DNA of 45,230 bases from Euprymna scolopes (lineage: Eukaryota). The translations under genes and the position numbers were made by a program. Location of the stretch: the NCBI GenBank assembly GCA_053919585.1, contig CM132795.1, one strand, 5' to 3'. Shown one piece after another: positions 36,230 through 45,230 of the stretch. The notes under the pieces were generated by a model. That model did not search any database. It worked only from the letters and a program-made list of their open reading frames with translations, and was not told where the DNA came from. Position 1 is the first letter of the stretch. Each line of letters opens with the position of its first letter.

Positions 36230-37620
36230 AGGAAACTGTTTATGGTTAATCTGTCTTCTCATAGAACTTATAGTCATTAAGTAGTACCAGATATTAGTTA
36301 AGGCCTGAGGTGTACGTGTTGAGTAGTAGAATTAGTTTATAAAAATTGAACGCCATGAGTATGTACGTTGTCTATCGTATGATTTGGTACATAGTTGTGC
36401 ATAGCGTCTGGGTGTAATTTGTCTCTAATTGTGTATTTGTTGTTGTTTAGGGGTAGGCGGAACTCTAGGCCCGTTTCCTCTACTTAATTGACCTTTGGTG
36501 TATTCGGTGCCATATATTAAATATACTACATTTGAGCTATTGCAGTTGAGTGGAAAAAGTTGGAGTTAAATGGTGGTTCCTAGAGGAGTAAATGTGCCGT
36601 TAGTGTTGATATGTTTACATATTTGGCACCAAGGTTTTTTGCATGTTTTGTTTCCTCGAGATGCGGGGTTGCGGTTTATCTGAGTTGTGTCAGTAAAGAA
36701 TGTAGGTTGGGTAGCTGTTGTTTTGCACAGATTAGGAGTTTATTCTGTATTGAGTTTGGGGTCCTGTTGTTGTTGCTTGATCCTCTGTTTTATGGGGTTA
36801 TGTAAATATTTTTTGTTATCATTGAAATCAAGCACTATATTTATATGAATGTTTTGTTCTTTTGTACGTTAGTATATTATGTCTGCTAATTTGCGATGCT
36901 CTGTTGATGACTTGTTTTATTCTTTTTAATAGATAGTTGCTCTGGAGAAAGTGAATGGTTAAAATGCATACCTGTGCGTCATAATCAGATATGTTTGTAC
37001 ATACCCTTTTGATGCGCAGGCACTGACTGTATATGATGGATTTTTTTTGTTGTGATTAGGTGACAGCTCTCAATATGTAGGGAACTGTGTTCGTCGGCGG
37101 ATTTGATGTATAGTTATGCGGTAATATAATTATTAGAAATATTAACCAGAATGTTTAAAAAAGGGGATAAATGTGGTGGAGCGTTCAGTTGTGATTTTAT
37201 GATGTTATTACAGTTGTTGATGTGTTGATAGAAGTCAATAAGTGCCTCTTCACCGTGTGGCTAAATGAAAAAGATGTAATCTATATATTTGTAGTTGTGT
37301 AATGGTGTGAATTGTATGTGTGGATGTAATTTTGTTCGAATGTGTGAATGAAGATGTTGTTATAGCTAGGAGCCATTTTAGGTCTCATGGCTGTGCCTTT
37401 TCTTTGTAAAATGTGTTCGTTATGCTATGTAATTTTGTTATGTGTTAAAATAAACTATATAATGGTGCATCTGTTTGTGATGTTGGTGCCATGTAAGTTC
37501 TGGGTATTTAAAACCCTCATGCACACGAATATTGCTTCCTCGTGTGGAATATTTGAATATAATGAGGATACATCCATCGTTACAAGAATTGTGTTGCTTG
37601 GTCAGTTACCAATATCGTAT
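36230..37620 (-). pseudogene. Decayed Penelope-like (Neptune-like) RT + GIY-YIG ORF
   Basis: Minus-strand translation across stops and frameshifts gives ILVTMDVSSLYSNIPHEE, KGTAMRPKMAPSYNNIF, KYIDYIFF..HGEE, SIIYSQCLRIKRVC, CKKPWCQIC, NCNSSNVVYLI and VEETG..FR. Confidence 0.88.
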
Positions 37621-37639
37621 AGAAAGTATATACATGCGT

Positions 37640-37720
37640 ACATAATATACATACATACATAATATACATACATACATAATATACATACATACATAATATA
37701 CATACATACATAATATACAT
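37640..37720 (+). repeat. 17-bp tandem repeat (CATAATATACATACATA)
   Basis: Four to five consecutive units. Confidence 0.9.
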
Positions 37721-38272
37721 ATATAGTGAATGCATGACAAAAGTCTATATTCGAAAGTTCATGATGCTCACCATCTTACAATATTTTCCTTTAATTCAGT
37801 GTACATTTACAATTCTTGACAGTATCTGTTTAGTAACGCAAAATCAATCACTTAATTATTATAACAATTAGTGAATCTATTTTGCCCTTAACTTATCAGA
37901 AGAAATAGCAACAATCGATCCATCAAAAGGAAATAAAGTGTGTAGATTAAGATCCGAAAATTTTAAAAGAAGCTACACAAAAATGGCGTAATATAAACAT
38001 ATAATAAGTTATTTACGGCTTCTCTTCCAATTTTTGGATGTTAATCATGTCAAAACGAACTTTTTTTCCTTTTGATGGATTGATTGTTGCTATTTCATTT
38101 GATGAGTTAAGGGCAAATTAGATTCACTAGTTGAGGTAATAATTAAGTAATTGATTTCGTGCTACGAAACAATTACTCTCCAGAATTTTAAATGTCAACA
38201 GAATTTAAAAAATGTAAGATAGTCACCATCATGAACTTTGGAATATAGACTTTTGTGATTCATTCACTATAT
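37721..38272. mobile_element. Palindromic MITE / foldback element with arms of about 250 bp
   Basis: ATATAGTGAATG...CATTCACTATAT ends; the arms stay complementary inward (ACAAAAGTCTATATTC, GTGAATCTA, TTGCCCTTAACT, GAAATAGCAACAATC, ATCCATCAAAAGGAAA). Confidence 0.9.
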
Positions 38273-38367
38273 TTCTCTGTAATTACATTGAGCTTCTTTA
38301 ATAATGATTATAATAATCATAAGGAAATAAAGCATATTCCCACAGAAATTATATATATATATATATT

Positions 38368-38403
<36 letters not shown>

Positions 38404-39945
38404 AAGGATGAGTGTGTATGTGTGATAAGGACTGCGGGTGTATCTAAGGAAAAGTGTGTGTTAGATTTTTGAATGAACAAACACTGTATTATTCAAACAC
38501 TGTCATGTTTCTTTCACACAGTCTTCAACTGCCAAGATTGAGAATTATAGCGATTTATCATTATTACACTTTTAAGTTAAAGGCAGATCAATTATTAAGT
38601 CCTACTTTATTAATAAAAGCTACTGTCAAAATACATGTATATAATCCGTTACCACCGACAGCCCCGACTAAACCAATATATGCAACTAAATCTCTAGTTC
38701 TTTTAATTTTACTCATGCAGTACTAGAAGTGACACAAACTTCATATATTCAAATATTGCTTTCTAATTTGATTAAACGTAACTACATTGCGGATTATAAC
38801 AATTCACTCACCTGCACTTGTTTCGGCATGACCAAAACATATCAATGCATATAAAACATATTAATGCATCCTACTTGCTCATAATTGACACGTGGCGAAA
38901 TATTCTTGTTCATTAAGTTAATTGAATTAATTATAATTGATATACGTGCTATATTTGAACTTCCATCTCGGAGTACATATTTCATAGACTGAGGTAACTG
39001 ACTTATATAGTTTTCAGGTTGATATTCACTATGCTGTACTTGCGAATTCTTCAAGGACTTGTGTGGTAAGAGGTTAAAATGGATGAATATGAAAAGTCAA
39101 ACCGCATCGGGAATGATGAGATCATAGAATTAGCGTTCATTTAAAATTAGAATGAAGTAAGTTATGATGGACGCAAACGAATATGCGCTTAGTAGATTCT
39201 AAGAATTAAGGTTCACTCGTTTTCTTCTACACTCGACCTTAATGCATGTATCTAAAGTTCGAAAAAAAAAAAACAATGCCATTTGTTAAAACACGGAACA
39301 GAATGCTTGCTATTAGTAATTTTACGAAGCTAGAACTATTTTTCTAATGAGTTTGATGATACTAACAACGAAAAGGCCCGTCAAATAAAATCTCGCTCCG
39401 ATTTTCCTATCCAAAGTCGCATTTAATTACTTGATGGATAATCGGATAGTGTTGAAGTATTCGTTAAATGTTTTCCATTTTTGTAAAACTTCGAAGAATC
39501 GTGTTCCAATATTTTCAAAGGGTTATCGAATGCATGCCAAGTAGATATAATCTTTAATTAAGTTTAAAGCACTTTACGAATTGGTCACGAGTTCAAACAT
39601 TTAGTCGGGTGGTGGAAATTTACTAGGGCGTAGATAAGCTGCCTGACAAAGAGGGACAGTAATTAATTAATATGAGTTATCGCCTAAGAATGCACGATCA
39701 AATAAGATCAATCTTATACGACATAATTGGATAAAGGCGTCCATTCGAGAATTACCCAGTACAATGGACACATGGCAAGCGGCCATATTTAAAACTATCA
39801 AAAGGTGTGATTATGGCATCATAAACGATGATTGTTACTTGCTATGATAACGGGTAATGTCTTCTTGGTTATGGCTATTTGTTTAAACGGTACTCTCTAT
39901 TATTCAGTGTATATTCAAGAGGTGTTTATATATTGATTTTTATAA

Positions 39946-40413
39946 TCTGTATATTTATAAAAGAGAGAATGAGTGTGTGTGAGGACAATTCCCCACCTAT
40001 ATACAAAATGAATTTTAGAACTACCAAATTGAAATTTGGTTTATATTATATTCAATCATGTGAATATTTTTAATAGATTTTCCTCCAGAAACCGGACTGC
40101 TAACGGGTTAAAACTGGAAAATTGTAGGTGGGGGAAGGTCATCGGATTTTTATGCTTCTCAACTGTTTCACGTATGCGCATGCGTGAACCGTTCAGTTGA
40201 CAGATTCCTTATGTATAGAATAAGTAGGCTTTACAACACATTTTAAAGATGTTTTCAAGCTGGTCTAATGCTCATCGTACTCGACTCACTTGCTTTAGAG
40301 TTTGGTTTAGTGTATTTTTTTTACTTATAAGCAGTGTATCTCAGTTTTTGTATGAATTAAAATAAAATATTAATACGTATTTTACAACCGGGCAACGCCG
40401 GTGGACCAGCTAG
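39946..40413 (+). mobile_element. Non-autonomous Helitron
   Basis: A|TC start, 3' hairpin ACCGG-GCAACG-CCGGT 40387-40402, CTAG at 40410-40413; same GCAACG loop as the 12740 element. Confidence 0.7.
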
Positions 40414-41166
40414 CATTTAAAATATTTTCCACGCTAAGCACTCTTTACTGCCTCAACAGAATAAGACACATGGATGATCTTTCAACCGCTTATTTTAAGA
40501 AGATACAATGCTAGTTCTCTCAAATCTCTCGTACGAATTGTGAGTGCCGAGCACTTTTGGCCTTTGGTTCATCTTTTATTTAAGACATTAAGACCACCAA
40601 TTAATCTTCCTACCACAACGAAAATTCACTCTACAGAAATTAAATCTGGTAAGAGAAATATAATAATATCTTTCTCTTCCCAGATTTAATTTCCGTAGAG
40701 TAATAATTTTGTAAGGATTTCCCGTCTACAAAACACATTAGTGCGAGGCTGCTTCCATGCTGATCTTGATCTTTAAATAAAATGATAAAAATATCGCCAC
40801 AAATCGCACCATGTGCAATAAATGCTAATCATACCATTGGTACATTGTTAGTAGTTCCATAGTCTAATATTTCGACTGGCACATTTCTTGTATCTTTTAT
40901 TTGAGTGATTCCTGGCCTTAATAAGTGATAAGGTAAGCAGTAAAAATCAATGCATTTTAACGCTGTATAGTTAACAGCCGAGAAATCGAAAACAAAGTTG
41001 AAAACTGGATATGTTAAAGTAACTTTCATGTAACTTAACACAAGTACCTACCAAATTAATGGTTTGTTTTGTTCCATATTTGTCTCATAGCTTAAAAGGA
41101 AGTTAAAAATAAGGCTTAGGTTACGGCTAAATTTTGGTAACGGAGTTCTAGGCTGTGATTTTTTAT

Positions 41167-41235
41167 TTAAATCATATTAAAACTAATTTTAACTTAATAA
41201 GTTAAATCATATAAAAACTAATTTTGATATAAGTT
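41167..41235 (+). repeat. 35-bp tandem duplication
   Basis: TTAAATCATAT.AAAACTAATTTT at 41167 and 41202. Confidence 0.85.
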
Positions 41236-42631
41236 AAGTAATATAAATACTAATCTTAAGGAAGTAAACAAAAACGAAGGCATACATACGATTCTTCTAT
41301 TTAATTTTAGTGTCTCCACTTTATACAAAACAATAAAAAGGAAATCGATTTTAGCGACATTAAACCAACTTCAGATCTATGAACCTATGCAGGTCGATAA
41401 AAACTTGAAATTTCCTGCATTTAGTAAATATTATTTATTGCATATTTTTGTGCATTTTTGATTCTTAGTTTGTAACTATAAAACATGAAAGTTTGTCACA
41501 AATCCCTTAAAATGTGTTTAGTAACTTATCATCAAACAATATCAACAGGATTAGCCTTAATTTAAATCAGATTTGTAGAAATGATCAAACGTCTGTAATT
41601 TTAGAAAAATAAAATTAATTATAATAAAACGCCATGTTGTTATTTCGATTCTTTTTATTTTGAATAAAAACAATTTTGTTATTGAGACTACGTTTAATGT
41701 TTTTTTTCTTAATTATATTCACTAGAGTAACCGATATAAAAATATTTCTTTATATTGTATTATTTAGATTTTGATTTCAACGTCTGTAATATAAAAAATG
41801 TGAAGAAAGGTTGAAGCCCGAAAAAATGTAGCGATAATTAGATTCGTGCATAAAAAAAGTAAGCTTAGAATAAAAATTCCATGTAAGTTTAAAATAAATA
41901 AAGAATGAAATTCCGATTGCAAGTGATTTAGTGTATTAGATTTTACATCACCGATGTGAAGTTATTGGAAAGGTATGGCGAATAGATACTTTTTTTTTAC
42001 TAAATAACAAGAAAGAGGACAGTTGGGCTTCGGATAGCGGATTCAGTATATATATTGTATATATCCATTAATATTGTGCAGGTAACCAGATTATTAACAT
42101 ACAAAAGCGTTTGTGCTTTTCTTTATTAATAACGTCTACAGCCGCTATTATTAAATAAAGAAAACGACAACAATAAAAGACAAGAAGAGAAAAAGAACAC
42201 TAGTGATCTGTGTTATCTACACATTAAAATCCAGTAGGGTTGTACGAACAGTCGTAATGCAGCGAATTCACATCAACTACGTAGTACTACAAATAGTCTA
42301 TATAGCAGAGATGTATGCTAACACGAAAGAATTCGACAATGCCGTGAAACAAATTGGTAAAATAAGATTTTTTTAAATGGTGATATTAAACCGAATTTGT
42401 AAAAATAAAAATACAGACAATTATTTCCGCTGTACGTAACTGTCCCGAGAAGGAAAATGTTGTATTTTCCAAGTCACGTAAATTGATTAGGTATTATATT
42501 AGCTTTTTTTTAAAGTGTTTTAATTTTTTTTTCATAATATTATTTTGTATTCCTGCACGTCACCAATTGAAAACGAATATAGAAAAGTTATAAGCTTTTA
42601 TACTTTTCGTATTCTTTTTTATACATTTCCA

Positions 42632-42697
<66 letters not shown>

Positions 42698-43955
42698 TTC
42701 AGCAGCTAATAGGATGTATAGCCATTATGCTACTGATTTCATCTCTATTTCTGTCTAGATAGTTCGAATTAAAGTATCCCACTCCTATGTACTAATTAGT
42801 ATGGCTGAGCAAGACATATTATACTGGCTTTCTTATAAACTTTGATTTTTTTTAGTAAAATAAAAAAAACTACTATAATTAACTTATGTGATTTTTCAAA
42901 TATGATATTTTCGTTTCGTAACGGGTAGGTGTATCATAAATATTTTTCTTTATTACTGTTTTCGATTAGGTTAAATTGTGAACCTATTAACGTATCTCTT
43001 GATATATAGTTAGTCAGCTCGGACAGCTGTTTGGAATTACATTTTCTGATACCTCATGGTGAATTTATGAATGCATTTTTATAAAGAAACGGTGTCAAAT
43101 AAGACGCTATATTGACTAATGAGTAGAATTGGATTATTATACCTCAACTTATAATTACTGTCTTACGAATGAAACTGAATGTAATAAAAAAAAAAGTGTA
43201 AACTAATGAATAAAATTTGATACTACGGTATGTTATATGTATGTTATAAAATTGGAAATATTATTGAATAATTTTCTGACTTTTGATCATTATAAGAGGC
43301 TCATACATTTCCACATGATGAACACCAGAAGTCAATAATTCATAACTGCATCAGAATATCGGAAGAAGAAATTGGGTTTAGAGACAAAACGAAATAATTT
43401 TTTCTCATACCTGCTTTTACCGAGGAGCAGCATTAATTAAAAAACTATCTTTTAATGGCTTTTGTACTTAGTGCTAAAACGCGGTCATGGCGGATATCTT
43501 CAAAAGATGCACCGCCGTCGCTTTCACTTCAACAGTCCATGTGTCTGTTCTGTTGAACAGCCTTCAAAGGAAATTCCTGACACGTGACAACGTCAACTAT
43601 ATCCGACAAAGAAACACACATAGATTGATGATTAATGATCGCACTTTCTCTTTTCCTCTCTTCCTCAACTGTCGGATTGGCCCTGTTTCTTTATGCTTAT
43701 TTACATCACGCATTTACAAATGTTTGCTTCAGCGTCACTTAAATAAATTTATATTTCATATTCTACAAGTATGGCCTCATTATCAGTGTGGGAGTATTTT
43801 TTTATAATACTCGCCTTTATTACTTAGATTATTCGAAACGCTATGCTCATATTTTTTGCTATAATAACAACGTTTCAGCTAATCTAACATCCAGCATTGT
43901 TAAGGTACACTTCTAAAACTCTAGAATCTTCGGGTTTTACTTGGGAATCTTTGTG

Positions 43956-44039
43956 TCACACTAGAGAATCTGAAATGAATTTTCAACTGAACGCTTTTAT
44001 ATATAGCCTAGATATTTCCAAAAAGATTCTCTAGTGTGA
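43956..44039. repeat. 16-bp perfect inverted repeat
   Basis: TCACACTAGAGAATCT 43956-43971 / AGATTCTCTAGTGTGA 44024-44039. Confidence 0.85.
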
Positions 44040-44961
44040 TTATCAGATTTTCGAGTTCTAAAAGAGGCAGATGCTCAATATCGGAGATTCAATCGTTCCA
44101 AACTTTGTGCAAATACAAAAATTCAGTCAGAATAAACTTGATAATACAGATTATTATTACACATATTCGGAAACATTATGTTTCGATCCATGTAAACTTA
44201 TGATCTTTTTCACGTTCATATTCAGGAATTTGATATAGAGTCCGAACACTTGAACAGTATATGGACAATTCACCTGAAAACATTTCTAGTACAAATTGGT
44301 AGAACTGGAAGAGAATATATTATGATCAGCGGGGGTAATTAACCGAACTGTATTATACTGATGCGGATGCTTTTAAAAAAATCTCCATCGAATTCAAATT
44401 TTGAATGCTTATTAAAATCCNNNNNNNNNNNNNNNNNNNNNNNNNNNNNNNNNNNNNNNNNNNNNNNNNNNNNNNNNNNNNNNNNNNNNNNNNNNNNNNN
44501 NNNNNNNNNNNNNNNNNNNNNNNNNNNNNNNNNNNNNNNNNNNNNNNNNNNNNNNNNNNNNNNNNNNNNNNNNNNNNNNNNNNNNNNNNNNNNNNNNNNN
44601 NNNNNATGCAGAAACCTACGCATATGATTTTTTTTTGTTAAGTGTTGTACAATTTAGGACTTTATCGGATTAGAGCAAAGGTTTTTTTTTCAAATTTTTG
44701 CAATTTATTTTATGCATAAATTACCATGATTTACTTATAACTTTTTCTCTCAGATTATTAAAGTAGCATTCATATTTTTCTGCAATATTCGTACATATAT
44801 TCATACGAAAACAATCTTTAGTCACCAGAAAGCAAAATATCTTCCATTATTATAATACTCGTCTTTACACAGCACTTGTGTTACGTTGATATTTTGTATA
44901 AAAACCTTAAGAATTTTGCAAATATGGCATTTATAACCTCGTTGAAACAATCCAAGTGCAC

Positions 44962-45038
<77 letters not shown>

Positions 45039-45230
45039 GTGTATTTCCCTCAAACCTCTGGCCTTGATGGAGAGGAGACAAAATCTTGCTCCTTTACTTT
45101 CAAATTATCTGAAATAACAGCAGGGGAAGACTTGATTCAAATATTTCTAATATTTTATACCTTCCTTATTTTGGAAATAGGTACGATTATGAATATCTCC
45201 AGTTTAAAATAATCTTTATATACTGTGAAT

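Noticed and set aside
5895-39072. Isolated plus-strand exon-like sites (acceptor near 5909, acceptor near 21070, 48-nt segment near 39018-39065)
   Set aside because: Cannot be joined into a supported gene; such sites are expected by chance in AT-rich DNA
3010-45212. Numerous YIYIYI, CVCV, ERER and X-containing ORFs
   Set aside because: Translations of microsatellites and N gaps

Overview
AT-rich, microsatellite-laden eukaryotic (invertebrate-like) scaffold with six N-gaps and no confidently supportable host protein gene. Most ORFs in the track are (TA)n/(CA)n/N artefacts. The window is a transposon graveyard. It holds a 5'-truncated Naiad-type Penelope-like element (PLE; RT + GIY-YIG, 7563-12342) with inverted pseudo-LTRs carrying hammerhead ribozymes, a second decayed Neptune-like PLE on the minus strand, a full-length DD37D (maT) transposon, a full-length decayed mariner, two or three non-autonomous Helitrons, a long palindromic MITE (two copies), LINE remnants (R4/RLE-like and CR1/L2-like) and a 5S-rRNA-derived relic. 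The main hidden signal is non-coding: about a dozen type I hammerhead-ribozyme motifs with palindromic stem III, from several unrelated families. Two occur as tandem pairs 332 and 274 nt apart (retrozyme-like), and in up to four families a tRNA-like Pol III A/B-box head lies directly upstream of the ribozyme. This suggests recurrent tRNA-SINE/hammerhead hybrid elements that could produce small circular RNAs mobilised by PLE reverse transcriptase. All calls are by eye; no searches or folding programs were run.
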